Numbered from the stretch's first letter, positions 11,461 through 24,960 are shown. The stretch is DNA of 64,000 nt from Dicyema japonicum (GCA_011109175.1 RDEW01000087.1:1-64000), one strand, 5' to 3'. The notes: generated by a model not told the origin, from the letters alone. Program-made: numbers and translations.

Positions 11461-12492
11461 CTAATCCGAAGGTTCACTGTCACTAACCAACACATTTCCC
11501 TCATTGGCAAAGAAAGCAGTGTCTTGTGACCAATTGACAAACATATTACTAACCTTATTAATGTACAACACACACTAACCTTACCACTACACAACTCTCT
11601 CTCACATACTGTCGACACTAAACTAATCACTTCCAATATTCCCTCACTTACTATACTTACTCTTATTGGTTCCCCTTCCCCCATTATTACCAATTTCACT
11701 GATTCGTTGAATAAATCCCCAAACCACAGAATGGGCTGCATATTATCATACACAACCTTAATATCCCTCACATTCAGAGTCACTGATGTATCTTCCCCAG
11801 ACCAGTTGTACTCCTCAAAATCTGAACAGTTTAAAATCACTTCAGTTTGCAGTAAATCACTGTATTTCACTAACAAAAAGCTACCAGAAATACCACAAGC
11901 GTTGTTTTTAAAGACAATGTGAGATGCCGAACAAATACAAGTGATTTCATTAGTGTAGTTGTCAAAACTGGAAAGAGTCTGCAACAACACACGACATGAC
12001 ACACTAAAACTGACTAAAAAGCCCGCCAAATCTATTGTTGGAGAAATAGGCTTGCCATCAAAAATGCAAAACTTAAACAGTTTAGTGGAACCTATTTAAA
12101 AAAAATACTGCTACCTGATGTGTACTCAATTTGGAAAGACAAGTCATACTGAGTGACCTCAAATTGAATGTCCACGATATTTTTGTCTAAGTTTTTGAGG
12201 GATTTAATGAAGACCATTAAAGTCTACAATAACACACCAAATACCTTAGAAGGAATTATAATATTATTTTCCCGAATATTTGAAGTAATAAAAGAACTAA
12301 AAAAGTTTTGAGACAATTCAGCTGAGACATATACAGTCTTTGAATTATTGACGGTAATCAAGGTTATCTTATTTGAATTATTAATTTGAACTTCTGTGCC
12401 AACCTTCATTAATAAAATGCACAATTTTTCAAATACTTAGATTAATATTATATAACACCTTTTACGTTATATTGCGGAATAACACAGTCCAT
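11461..12492 (-). CDS. RAD9: Cell cycle checkpoint protein RAD9 (9-1-1 clamp), about 297 aa
   Basis: Introns 12436-12458, 12224-12244, 12092-12114, a probable in-frame 24-nt intron near 11870-11893, 11736-11756 and 11554-11579. Spliced protein MDCVIPQYNVKVFEKL..KVGTEV..TVNNSKTVY..DFEEY..VTLNVRDIKPILWFG..GEP aligns by eye with human RAD9A; ends VLVSDSEPSD*. Confidence 0.92.
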
Positions 12493-12619
12493 GCTTTATT
12501 TGGCGCGTATTTTAATTTAAATATTAATTATTATTATTATTAAATGAGTTAATATATTAATTTAGCATTAAATGAACAGTAATTTCTGGGTGGTCGTAAG
12601 CTTAATCCGCTCTAGCTTT

Positions 12620-12950
12620 TCACACAAGTGCAGTTAAAAATATCGATTGACAAAGGCTTTTGATTTAGTGTCAAGAAAGATTCTTTCTTAGAAGATTATC
12701 CAAACGAGGATTTCTGGAAGACTCAAACTCTGTCGGCCAATTTCTTAGCTGGCAGAGGAGACTTATTTGCCCTAAATATACAAGATCGTTTTTTCCAAAA
12801 TCTCTTCTCTAAAAATCCTAGAAGTAATCTTAGATATGCACATGTGCTTATCTCTATATGTTCTGACAAAGAAGATTGATCTACTGAAAAGCCTTTCATG
12901 GCTATGGGTTCTTTGCTGGATCGTGTCTGGATCACTTAGATATTACGGTT
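12620..12950 (+). mobile_element. Degraded LINE RT remnant
   Basis: DKGF/KAFDLVSRKIL-like and VILD..L..LKSLSW segments with many stops. Confidence 0.4.
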
Positions 12951-13759
12951 TTTGAAATTTTCATTTTCAAGGTTGAGTTAGAGGCGTAGTTCTTGTTTTT
13001 TAATACGGTTATCAAGGGAGAAAAGTAATTATTCTGAAAAATCAGTCGTCTTGAAAAGATCTTTATAAAGTATGGTGGTTAAACAAAAGCATGGGGTTCG
13101 GGTCTCCGATGTAGACTTAGTATCTGCTTAAGACAATTTGTAGAAGTGGCTGACTCCAATATGGAGAAAAGGTATTAGGATCGGTTGGTGGTAAATTCCC
13201 CTAAGAGTATGAGAATGATTGTCAGGATAAGTTAAAATAATGTCATGATGTTTTATTAAAAATAATAAGTTTTTGAAAGAATGTTATATTTGAATGATTT
13301 GTGTCTAAATCAAGCCAAAGTGTTAACACTATAATAGAAAATAATCACGCAAAGGAAAAACTATGTATCATAAAAACTTTCTAAGATTGCCATTTTCAAT
13401 TGTTGTGCTGTTTGTTATCATACTGGCATTAACTTTTACAAATGCTCCTTTAAACCTAATATGGTAGATGTTAGAAAGACATGAGATTATAATTCTGTCC
13501 CGAATATGCCTTGAAATAAAGGATGAAAAAATGCATGAGGCGCTCACTTTCACGCATCATTTCTGATGGTCCAATAATATTTCCAACCGATTAGTCGTTT
13601 GCATGGTTTCTTCATATAAGGGCATATTGAAGAAATGGGCAATGTGAACTTGTAACAAATAATAAATGACGTAATAATGACGACTAAGCTTAAATAAACA
13701 AAAGATATCCCACATGCACTCATTTAACTGATTAGTATTTGTTACAATATTTCACTTTA

Positions 13760-14491
13760 CTATAAATGATGATAAGTTAATGTGTGTCTTTCTGTTCTGT
13801 AGTCGCAGTTTATATACTTTTTCTCATGTCCAGCCGCCACGTAGTGACTGTTGGTGGTGATCTGCTGTATATTATCTATGGGATCTCCATCCACTGTGTA
13901 CAGTCTGCTTTAGTAGTAAATATTACTTTCTCACAGCCCCAGAACGCAGTTTCATTTCATAGCTGATAACATCCAGGGATAAATCCAAGTCCTTCAACAT
14001 GGCTCCTCTAAGGATTACTTTGGTTGGGCCTCTTATATTATTTCCATTTTCATGAACACTGAAAGTAAAACCAAACACAAACTAAATGAGAATTGGGAAT
14101 TGGTCCTGCTTAAAACGACTTTTGATAGTCGTGTACTTTTGGAAATACTAGGGAGTTGTTTCACTACTGGCACGTGACTATGGACAGGTTCGATTGGGTA
14201 ACTTGTTTTTATTACATCCATTTACTTTATTCTTATTAGTTTGGAAGTATTTGATGCCACGTAAGCCTTTCCATTCTCTATTTCTGATAGCATTTGGACT
14301 GAATGTCCGTTAATGGGAGTCATCAGTCTTCTAATGCATCCCCAAATTGGTTGAACTTTGTCGGTTACATCATTTAGTGAATAGAATATTGCTTTTTTTT
14401 GCCGGGAGTTGATTACTATTTTGTGGGAGTAGAATGGATCTCCGTTTCTGAATACTACTATTCTTTTCGATGGCACAATCTGTTTTGACAT
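13760..14491 (-). CDS. Tandem doublecortin-domain protein (DCDC2-like), 221 aa
   Basis: Introns 14202-14225, 14059-14078 and 13905-13926; spliced length 666 nt. DCX1 IVVFRNGDPF..YVAS, DCX2 VHENG..GAVRKLYTVDG..YVAAGHEK. Confidence 0.9.
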
Positions 14492-15234
14492 ATTTTTACT
14501 TTATTTATAATTACCATGACATTATTTTATTATTATTTTTGGATTTAATTTTTATTTTAATTAATAAAATATTCTTTCAATTTAATAATATTTTCTCTTT
14601 TCCTATTTCCTTCATAATTTAAGTTCATTTCTCGGTGTATCCGGGGTTATTATTATTATTTAGAAGGAGCAGTTCAATCAGTCTGTTTTCATGTGATCCA
14701 TCTGTCCTAGGTGGCTTCCAGTGTCTCAAAGGATTATTTATACTCGCAGAACTGCAAAAACTGGATTTTACTTTTCTCTGATTGGGAATTGACTTGTCTC
14801 ATTGTCTATGAATAATTCATTAACTTCTTTTTCGATGTATAGTGTTGTCATAAATCGTGTCAGAGTATTTAATTAATTAAGGAAACACATTTCATATTGT
14901 AATAAATTATTTTTTCTGATTTAACAAATATAATTGATTTATTCATTAAATGTGTTAAAGAACTGTCATAATCAATCAATTATATAACAGAATATCCAAT
15001 TTATGGGAAATATAACTTTTGGTTCTACACTTAATTAAAATATGTCACATGACCGACCACCTACATGGGCACTGATTACATTTTGTGGTTCATATCCTTG
15101 AACCTAGAACTAATTTTAATCAAAATTAAATTAAGTTTTATTAAAATTAAAACAATTCATTTACGAACTTCATTGCAGGTTTATTATAAAATGGTCTGAC
15201 AAATCTATTATAATTATTAAAATACCAACATACT

Positions 15235-18200
15235 GTTTTTTTTGGTGAGGTGGTGACGTGCCTCGTTTCTTGATTGGATCGCAATGAGAAAAATGTCTAA
15301 AAGGCAATGGATACAAAGGGATGCATCTCGTCTAAAAGTCCTTACGTTCAATGCTAGAGGCTTATCTACGACCTGGTCGAGGAAGATTCTCTGTGATGAC
15401 CTGGAGAGATACGACGTATCTATTGGGTGTCTACAAGAGACGAAAGTTACTTGTAGCCTTGATGAAAACTTTGGCGAATTATATGTCAGCCGAGCGACTC
15501 AAACATTATGGACTTGGATTTGCCATCCACTCAAAGTTGACAAGTGCAGTCCACCGTATATGGAGTGTGAATGACAGGATCTGTGTTTATACAAATCCGG
15601 CTAAACGACTTACCTCCTTCGAAGAGCTTTCTGACAATTTTAAATGTTTATGCGCCACACACTGCGAAGTATCCGACAGAACTAGACGACTTCTATTCAA
15701 CACTGTTACGGACGTACAACGAATATGAGTCGTCATCACTAATACTCATTGCTGGGATTTGAATGCAAAAGTCGGGATGAAGAATAACCCGGATGATGTT
15801 TTCTTGGGAGAACATGGACGTGGAATAAGAAATTTACCCGGGACAATACTTGGTCACTGTATGGCAAACAACCTTTTCCTATGCAATACTGCATTTACGC
15901 ATCCTGCCTGCCACAAAACTACGTGGATGGGGAAGCGAAGGAACTCAGAAGGAAAGCTGGTCCAATATACAACCAAATCGATTATGTCATATGCCGGGCT
16001 AAAGACAAACACCTTCTAGTAAACGCACGTTCATATGAAGGTTCGACGACTGTCAGCGACCACAAGATGGTTATTGCGACCTTCACCCTGAAAAAACATG
16101 CCATTAAATACAGGAATGCAAAAAATCACGAATTTGAGAAAATCAGAGGCGACTACGCGACTGAAAGGCTGATTTCTCAACCGGAGACTACTGAGAGATA
16201 TCAACAATACATTCAGACTAATTTGCAGGACGTATTGGTGGATACCACGCTAGAAGACGCCTGGAAACGCACAAAGGACACCATCAACGAAGCTGCTGAA
16301 GCATGTCTTGGCAAAAGGGAGAATAGTAAAATGCACCTGAAGGCTATTCATCCAGATGTTCCTGAGCTTGCGAAAAGTCTAAAAGAAATAAATATGAGAA
16401 AATCAATTGCCACTGACGCTAATACGATAGAAGCCCTTCAAGGCGAAAGGCAACGTGTCAGAAGAAAAATAAAGGGTCGGAACAAGAAGCTTTTCATAGA
16501 AGAAATAGCTTCCTGTATAGAAGAAGTAAACAAAGTGAAAAACAACGCACAGGTGTACGTCGCTGCCCGTTTGCTGCGGCGAACAAACCGAAGTCGACTA
16601 ACCATAAAAGACGAGAACGGTAAGCTGACACTGAACACCAAAGAAAAACTGAAGCCATCGCGGCTCACTTTGAGAAGCTTTTCAACATCAAAACTATAGA
16701 AATCCAGTCATTTGATCGAAGGCCAAGACCCCTGGAGATACCAATCACGGCCGAGGAAATCAAAACGGCCTGCCGAAAACTCAAAAATAACAGAAGCCCC
16801 GGACCAAATGCGATAAACCCAGAATTACTGAAATACGGCCCTGACCTCCTTTTTGAAAAAATCGCTACACTACTAAATGAATTGTTTTCAACTAACTCAA
16901 CTCTACCTCTGAGTACGGGACTACTAATCCCCATACAAAAAACTAACAAAAACAGAGGACCGCTCGAAAATTTGCGACCCATCATACTACTAAATTCATT
17001 ACGCAAAGTCTTGGCAAACATTGTGCTTGAACGAATAAAAGGACCTGCTTACAAATACCTACCAGATAGTCAAAGTGGTTTTCGAGAAGGGAGATCCACA
17101 GCTGATGCGGTCTGGAGTCACAGATGGAGGTGTGCAACATATCAAAGATACCTTAACGCCACCAATATTTTGGGAATTGACTATCAAGAGTTTTTGATAC
17201 GGTTAACAGGAACAAGTTAATGGGGTACTGAGCGGATTGTTTGATGAGTTGAGTCTAAGGATGATCCGAATTCTACTTTCTAACACTGAGCTCCTTGTGA
17301 GAGTCGGAAAAACCTATTCAAGAAAATTTGAAACAAATACGGGCACTCCACAAGGAGATTCTCTTTCTCCTCTACTATTCACAATTTATTTGGAAGCCGC
17401 TATGAGGGAACTTAGACCGTTATACCAAGGAAAGAAGGAATCTACGCGGACGATGTAGACCTAATTTCTGAAGACAAAGAGGTCCTGGAAAACCTATTAG
17501 AAAAAGCACCAGATGTACTAGGGAAATGGTTTCTTACTGTGAACAGAGAAAAAACAGAATTCACAGAGATAAGAAGGATGAGTAACGTCCTAGAAGAGAA
17601 GTGGCGACAAGTAAAATATTCAGTTCACTTATGGGAGAAAGCGAAGATATTTTACGTAGGAAAACTCTAGCCAATGCTGCGTTATATAAACTGAAGAATT
17701 TATGGCTCAATCAAAACACGAAAATGAGAATCCTACTATACGACTCATTCATAAAACCCGTACTTTTATATAACGCTGGAACTTGGCGACCTCATCAGCG
17801 GATATGAAAAAACTAGACTCGTTCCACAGAGGTCAGCTGAGAAAAATAACAGGAACTACTTGGCCTACGAGAATATCTAGGAATGCTTTATATAAGAGAT
17901 GCAGCACTAGACCTATCAGCTTAGAAGTGCTGGAATCCCGATGGAAGCTCTTCGGACACGTGCTGAGGATGGAATTAACTTCCCCACCGAACATATCTAT
18001 GGAAACATACTATGTTAGCTAAGAAGGCCGCTATCGGGGAAGACCAAGAACAACACTGCCAATAGTCTTACAAAAAGACCTGGTCAGTATAAAAAAAAAT
18101 CTAACAAATGCCGACGACCTGGACAGCATGAGAGCCTTGGCTAGGAACAGGGGAGCATGGAAAAGGATGACATCTAACCTTGTTTCTTTTGCTGCACATG

Positions 18201-18255
18201 CGGGGCTATAATTAGTATGGCTCTTGTGAAGTGCTTAAATAAATAATAATACTGT
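15235..18255 (+). mobile_element. Near full-length RTE-clade LINE (APE plus RT), frameshifted
   Basis: TFNARGL, LQETK, NQIDY, SDH; LRPIILLN, QSGFR, GTPQGDSLSPLLF, YADD-like; ORF ends AAHAGL*; short 3' UTR and TAA/TAAA tail. Confidence 0.92.
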
Positions 18256-18620
18256 AAATGTTAATGACTGTTAAGATCCATTCGGTGAGACACAAACGGT
18301 TCAGTCTCTCCGATTTACCGTCGTTTTTCACGTATAGCTCTCCCATTGCATTTATGGTGATTGGGGATCTTAGAAATATAAGGTCTTCATTGTGTGTGGA
18401 AGTAATTCCAGGCAGTAAATTCGCGAAAAATGACAAAGCTTTTGAATACTTCTCTTCTGAAAGTCCACAATTGTAGATTTCGCATTTAGTGTAATTTAAT
18501 TCCAGTCCAGTTTCTGACAGTGCTGGAATTATTACCTCCAAATCCTGGAAAATAGTATCTGGGGAGTCTTCCAAGGACCACAGCATCCAGATATCATAGG
18601 TTGAGGGCGATCGTGGAGGT
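18255..18620 (-). mobile_element. CRE-like non-LTR RT fragment
   Basis: DLEVIIPALSETGLELNYTKCEI..LIFLRSPI, homologous to 2009-2233. Confidence 0.45.
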
Positions 18621-19329
18621 TTAAGTAATGTATATCTAAGGAAAAACTGAAAGCACCTGCTGGGAGTGTATCCCAGGAACCTCTGAAAAAAAGCATCAGA
18701 GAAATAGCATAGAAAAATTACCTGCTAAGCGACGAGTGCAGTTTAGTGAATTTGCTAAAAGTTGTAGATCAGGCCCCTAAAAGATAGTTAACCAACATCT
18801 GTTATCGGAAACATGGAATAAATTAAAATGATCATTGCCTAGGAATTAGTGAGCATGGTAAGCCCGAAATTCCACCGGAAATTGATTAAGCGAGAAATCA
18901 AATAACATAAATTTCCTGGAAAGCTTGGCCAGAAAGTTGAACTCAAGAAATGATGATTGTTAAAGTTCCTTGGCACATCTGGAAGATTGTGATGAAAATA
19001 ATAATCTAAAAACTAAAAAGGTCCACAGAACCACAATACCATGTCTTACATAATCAATTACCTGTATTAAGATTGAGCTCATTAAGATTGGATGACCTAG
19101 ATTGAGGAGCCTGGAGTCATCGCAAACAAGATTATGCTTAATAGACCGGATACTATACTGAAAAGGAGGTACATCTCACCACAAATTAAAAGATATTCTA
19201 AGTGGGTGACAACTAATATGGAAATCTCTCTAATATTATAGAAGGTGGTCATAAAAGTTGTCAAACAAAGTAACAGACCATGAAGATCTCTTTAATTTAC
19301 TTATAAAAATAATTTACCAAATCGTTTTC

Positions 19330-19850
19330 CGGAAGGTCGATCCTAGTATAATGCTGGAAAGAACTGCTATTTTAAGAAAAGAGGCTTATATGATTTATTT
19401 CATCTAAGCTCCAAGTTACTTCAAATGTTATTGATTATCACGTGTTTTTACACCTCAATGGTTTTGATAATATAATCCACAAAGTCGTAAGTATTCATAG
19501 TACAAGGTGCCAAGATAGTAGATGAGATATATGAAAAATACCTAAAAGGAAGAAACTCCAAGTTAGAAAGGAAGATATATTTCGAGCGTGATAGCATTGG
19601 ATAGAAAAGTCCCGAAAGGATAATTCTCAGCCCTTTGCTATTCAACATGTTGATGGTCGGTTTCCCGTCTCCAACAATTACATATATCGTGATGACTTGT
19701 TACTACTACATACCAAGATTGAGAAATTGGCGCTGTCTCAAAGGTTAAAAGAATCAAGAAAAATCAAACTCAATAAAGTTTTTTTGAACGGTACAGAAAA
19801 TGGTAGTCCAATCACTGTTGCAGAGTCCTTGGAGTGATAGGTTCATACCT
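19330..19850 (+). mobile_element. Degraded LINE RT remnant
   Basis: VPKG.ILSPLLFNML..YRDDLLL across frameshifts. Confidence 0.4.
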
Positions 19851-19875
19851 ACATTGGTTTCCATAGATGTTACTA

Positions 19876-20436
19876 TTAAATACAATATTTGAATATTGTA
19901 ATATATTTATAATGAATTGATAGACTCTGCAGTAATATAATAAAATACTTGTGAATTTGTTCTGCATTTTGATAGACAAATATCAAAATATGTGTTTGAC
20001 AGAGCAATACTCTTTAAAACACTGTCTTTGAGTGATGACAAACTTATAATAGAGTTATTTCCAAGACAACAAGACAGACATTCTTCCAATAGTGTAAAGC
20101 ATTTGTTCCTACAATCCACCTGTAAACAGCTATCACTCACAAAATTCCTGATTATACAACCTTTAATATAAATACAACCAACCCTTGTGATTGACAGTGA
20201 ATAGTCTTCCAATATATATTCTGTTATTTGACAGATTACCCTCATTTATTATTAAATTTAATCTCTTTATTGCTTTATTTCTATCAAAACCTTTGTATTT
20301 CTATAAATGTGTTATTAATGACTACCATAATGTCAGTAATAGATAGTATTAGTATAATATTGGTTATTATTATACAAATCGAGAATAATGCCTTTCTGTA
20401 TATTCGCAATCTTATTGGACCACAAAAAATTATCAT
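19876..20436 (-). CDS. SPRING1: SREBP-regulating gene protein homolog (UPF0454/C12orf49), 163 aa
   Basis: Introns 20301-20325, 20161-20182 and 19927-19948; spliced length 492 nt. N-terminal TM segment; CLSCCL and YFDICLSKCRTNSQS..KYC match human CVSCCL and HFELCLAKCRTSSQS..KYC. Confidence 0.85.
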
Positions 20437-21254
20437 TTATTTTATATTTTAATTATTATTTTTATTATAATAATTATTATAAATAAAAATTTTATGATAA
20501 GGTCTCCACTATAGGATGCGGGCATTGAGCACACTATGTGAGTTACATAGCACCTTGAATCCCCTGAGCTCTATGGTATGGTCGTTACTCCAGCTGGCCT
20601 ATTCCATCATCTCTGTCAAGACCGATTTCTGTATTTATTATTTTTGTTTATTTAATTGTATTTATTCGTGCACCATGTCTATTTGCCTCTCCGAAAATGA
20701 TAGATCTATGGAAGTTAGCGGAATTCGCAGTGTTTCACAGTAGTCTCCTACAAGTTGATGAGGCTGGAGTTATTTAACTAACCAACTAAGCTATATGTAA
20801 GTGGATCAGGTTCACGTCTAATTAATTTTTTAATGGGAAACTTGGGAGTTATTATTTACCTATCTAATTTGATATTCTCTTGGTTTTCGACAAGAATATA
20901 CATTTGAGAATCGTGCTATGCTCTATACCTATACAAGACATTCGGCTTAGTATTAAGAATGAATTTCAGTATATTTTTCAAACTTGAATCTCTGCAAATT
21001 TAAATCCCGACTATCTAACTTTATTTAAGTTAGAGGGGACGTATTTACATTACATATTCAATATTAATCTTCGAGTTCTTCCAAATGGTGTTCCTCAAGG
21101 ATTATCGCTATTATTCACTTTATTTTTTGACTTCCCTAAACCGGGAGGTGACAACGATATCTTCATTGTTTGGTTGATAAGATCGTCCTGTAATCACAGA
21201 ATATGGACATCCATAGAATTCAAAATCACCTGATCAGTTAAAATTTAATCAGTT

Positions 21255-22900
21255 GATATTATTATTACCCCCAGGATCATTCGGTCAAAGAGAAAGAAAT
21301 AAAAGTTCTCATCTAACTAAGTGATCCCAGACCGACAAAGGTGAGGACATCTAACTAAGACCGACATCTAACTAAGTGATCCTCAATGAGGAAGAACGTG
21401 ACATTTGCATTGCCCATGAAGGACTTGCATACATCATCGTTGGTCGGATAAATTGTTTGTAAATCGTGGCAAGGACACCAGTTTGGTCTCTAAGTGTTTT
21501 TGAGAGTACTTTTAAAATTCTCATTTTTTTCAGAGCAGAAGTTATTTTGTTTTCAACATGCCGGATAAAGGTGAGTCCCTGATCAAAGGTTACTCCCAGA
21601 ATCTTCGTTTTTTGTTAATAGAGATAACTTCGTTCTTCATAAAGACTTTTGGTTCGATACAGAGCTGTCTTTTGTAGGTGGTAGACAGTGTGACAAAGGA
21701 CTTTGCTGCTGATGTGTCGAGTCTCCGCTTCGAGAGCCATAGTTCCAGGTTGTCGAGCATTTGTTGAGCCAACTGAGTCGCTGATTGAATGCTTCTGTTC
21801 TTGGAAGCAAGAATGATATCGTCGGCATAGGAGAGGATTAGACAGTTTTCATTACAGGTTTGTGGCATGTCGTTTATGTAGAGATTGAAGAGTTGGGGTG
21901 ATAGTGGGGAGCCTTGAGGGACTCCATTTGGGAAATAGCGAGATCTTGATTTGATGTTGTTGCAGAGTACTTGTGCTCGTCTTCCATTTAGGAAGTTTCC
22001 AAGCCAAAGTTTCAGGTTCGGATGGATGTTGGTTTCGTATATTTTCTTTGTAAGGAGTTTCCTAGGGACTGAGTCGAACGCTTTTGTGATGTCCACGGAT
22101 ATAAGTACTGTCCTCTGATGGGATTTGGGGGAGTTAAATCCTTCCGCAATGAATTGTGTGAGGGTTGTAAGGTGTGTTGTTGTCGAATGGTTGTCCCGGA
22201 ATCCGTGCTGGGTCGGAGGTATTGAGATTGAGTCTTGTATTTTTTCCAAAACAAGCCTTTCAAGAATCCTTGAGACCGGACTTAGAATAGATATTGAGCG
22301 ATAGGAAGATGGTTCATCTATTGGTTTGTTGGGTTTTCGGATAGGTCTGATTAGAGACTTCTTCCATATTTTATGGATTGTATTTGTGTTAATGGATAGG
22401 TTGAATATATAGGCTAATAGTTTCAGGGCTCGATGGCCTAGGTGCTTCAGTTCACATGTGGTTTGCAGGAATACTTGGTGTTCTTTTGATAACTTCCTGT
22501 AGGATATAGATGTGTAATACTTTAACAGAGTGTCTGATTTTATGTATACTTCGACTTTTCTCTCTGGGGAGGGTCTTTTGATGTTTTTGACCACACTTCC
22601 ACACTCTCTGCATTGGGGGGTTTTTGTAGAGAGCTTTCGATAGTCTCGTCCATCTATTTGCATTTTCTGTCTTTATGTTGTTGTCGATCTCTCTGTTCAA
22701 TTCTCGTATTTTCCTGATGTTCTCTTCTGTTGCCGATTTTACCATCTTTAGATTATTTCGTTCTCTGATCAGATGTTTCGTCGTTGTGTTAAAACGTTTT
22801 GATGACGTTGGTCAGTTGGTATTGCACTCTAATAATGGAAAAACAGTTTCGACGTACAATTTGAAAAATAAGTCTGCTATTAAAAAATATAAATCTTAAG
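21255..22900 (-). mobile_element. L2/Jockey-like LINE: RT, thumb and hairpin tail
   Basis: YRSISILS, QHGFR, VDITKAFDSV, GVPQGSPLSPQLFNLY, YADDI, LGVTFD, YKQFIRP; tail at 21260-21330. Confidence 0.88.
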
Positions 22901-22933
22901 GGTGCGCTGCCTTAAAAAGGTTAAGAACCACTG
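22896..22933. repeat. Solo hAT (Charlie/Buster-type) terminal inverted repeat
   Basis: AAGGTTAAGAACCACTG is the reverse complement of the CAGTGGTTCTTAACC end typical of this group; no partner found. Confidence 0.4.
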
Positions 22934-23440
22934 ACCTAGATTGACTGCACTACCACACTAAAGTTCATCATTTTACTTTTCATCCCTGAAGAAGAAGACT
23001 GTGAAAACGAACATCATACAATTCACATTGCTTCTCGTTGCCATTAAGTTTTAAAAATAGTTTATTTGGAAGTCAAATTTTCCTAAAACAATTTTTAATC
23101 TTTCTCCCACATTCTAATCGCATAATTTCAGGGAAACTTGTGATTTAGGTAATATATCTGGATATAGGAATAAGGTTAATAGTTGTTAATTAAGCTATAT
23201 TCAGTTCCCACTGTATGAAACCCATTTTGTAGTTATCACGAACGGTCATATTTGCTGGGAACCCCTCCAATGATGTAAAAAAAGAATCCTTTTTGGATGC
23301 AGGTAAGGATTTGTGGATCTCCTGAAAGGGTGGACCAACAAACGCATCTCATGAAAATTTTGATAGTTAAAGTAACTCCCAATAAGAACATCCACTTATA
23401 AAAACTACATAAAACAGAATGAACAAATGAAACAACAAAA

Positions 23441-24476
23441 TCACAGTTCTATTCTACTCCACTTAATTTTCTGCAATTTAACCAAATTAATAGTGATCTT
23501 GGTCCCAGTCAGTACTACAGATGACAGTAATGGATTAATGGTCTAATAATAATAAAACTCAATACTCCAAATAATGTCACATCCCTCTCATAATACTTAT
23601 TGCCATTAAAAGTAGCCTTCACTAGTAATCGTCCTCCATTAGCCATAATAATGCATTTCTCTGGATCAACAGCACGTGCGTATATTATCACAGTAATCTC
23701 ATTACAATTATCCATAAAATCCATCTTGCACTGTGTTATATCAGATTCCTATCAGTTACTCAATCACGTGCCTGTGGCCACTTATGCTCTCCTTTAACAC
23801 ATCCTCGTATTTTAAGAAAATAATCGACCTCTGCAGAACTTTTCTTGCAACAAACCCAAAATTGCGCTGCGTCGTGGAAAATTGGTTCAAATGAATGGTA
23901 ATAGCACGTAGTCTGGCTGCCTACTTCTGATTTTTTCTAACAATTAGGGTTACTAGAATACTATAAAGCAACCAATGTTCTGGCATTGTGGATCCTTGGG
24001 GCTGTACTGGTGGAGAGAAGGAGATTCTGAAGAGCAGTCCTTACTGAATCTTCTACTTTCAATGGGAGAGGCACCATCTCCTTATTTTCTGAGCATCGAA
24101 TGATAGATTCTTCAACCATAGGCCCGGGAAACTACCAACGCGAGTGAATTATTAAAAATACATTCTGGAGAGTGTTAGAAGAAGTCGAGTTAGTGATATC
24201 TAGGGTATAGTCCGGTCCCGCATGCGGAGTATTTTTGTGATATCCAGAACAACATCCCTGTAAGCTTGATAATGAGAAATACAGCAAATGACAAAAATTC
24301 GTCAAAGTCACTTGATTTCTTTCCACAGCAAGGCCAAGATTTGAGCATATCCTGAATATACGGGGGTTTGGAATGATACTGACATGATTCTGCCTAATTA
24401 TTTTATGATTACTTTCAGTGTTATTTGTTTCTTCATATGTCTTTAAACATCCATAGTTACAACACCTGAGTGACAT
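23441..24476 (-). CDS. CHORDC1: CHORD-CHORD-CS Hsp90 co-chaperone, about 295 aa, with one -1 frameshift
   Basis: Introns 24390-24412, 24258-24282, 24132-24161, 23937-23961, 23749-23771 (GC-AG) and 23543-23565. Both CHORD domains (C.N.GC..C.YH..W.CC..F..GC..H) and the CS domain are recovered. Spliced length 887 nt, one base short, at the G4 run 23998-24001. Confidence 0.92.
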
Positions 24477-24549
24477 GTGGAATTAAACTTTTAAATATTT
24501 TATTTTAATAATAGATTTTATAAAAATATATTAATCGGAATACTTATGA

Positions 24550-24960
24550 TACAGAGACTCGTCACGTCCTGAAAAACCTTTTTATTTAAAAGCCTTCCTT
24601 TGGAACTGTGGAAGAAATTATCCGCCAGGTATCGGGACCCTCTACAAAGAGTATATCGAGCCAACAATAGGCTATACATGTTCTGCGTGGAGATCTAACC
24701 TGACGGCAACGAACCTAATCAAAATTCAAGAGATTTAATCAAGATCAATAAAGTTACTGGAAAAATATACAGATAAAAAAATTGCCCCAGAACATTTGAG
24801 TCTTTTATAGAAGCAACTGGAGGTTTATTTCATAAGAAGAGGGAAAATACCCCCGTCCGTATAGAAAATGTGTGGGGTCACCGTCAGAGCATCGAGAAAA
24901 GATAGAGAATAGATTATTGAGAGATTCCGGGATCTCCTGAAAATTAGTTAGTGGTTAAGA
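24550..24960 (+). mobile_element. L2/Jockey-like LINE thumb fragment
   Basis: LYKEYIEPTIGYTCSAWR. Confidence 0.55.

Noticed and set aside
11424-12029. Single-exon 201-aa ORF as tracked
   Set aside because: It is part of RAD9 read through introns; true start and end differ.
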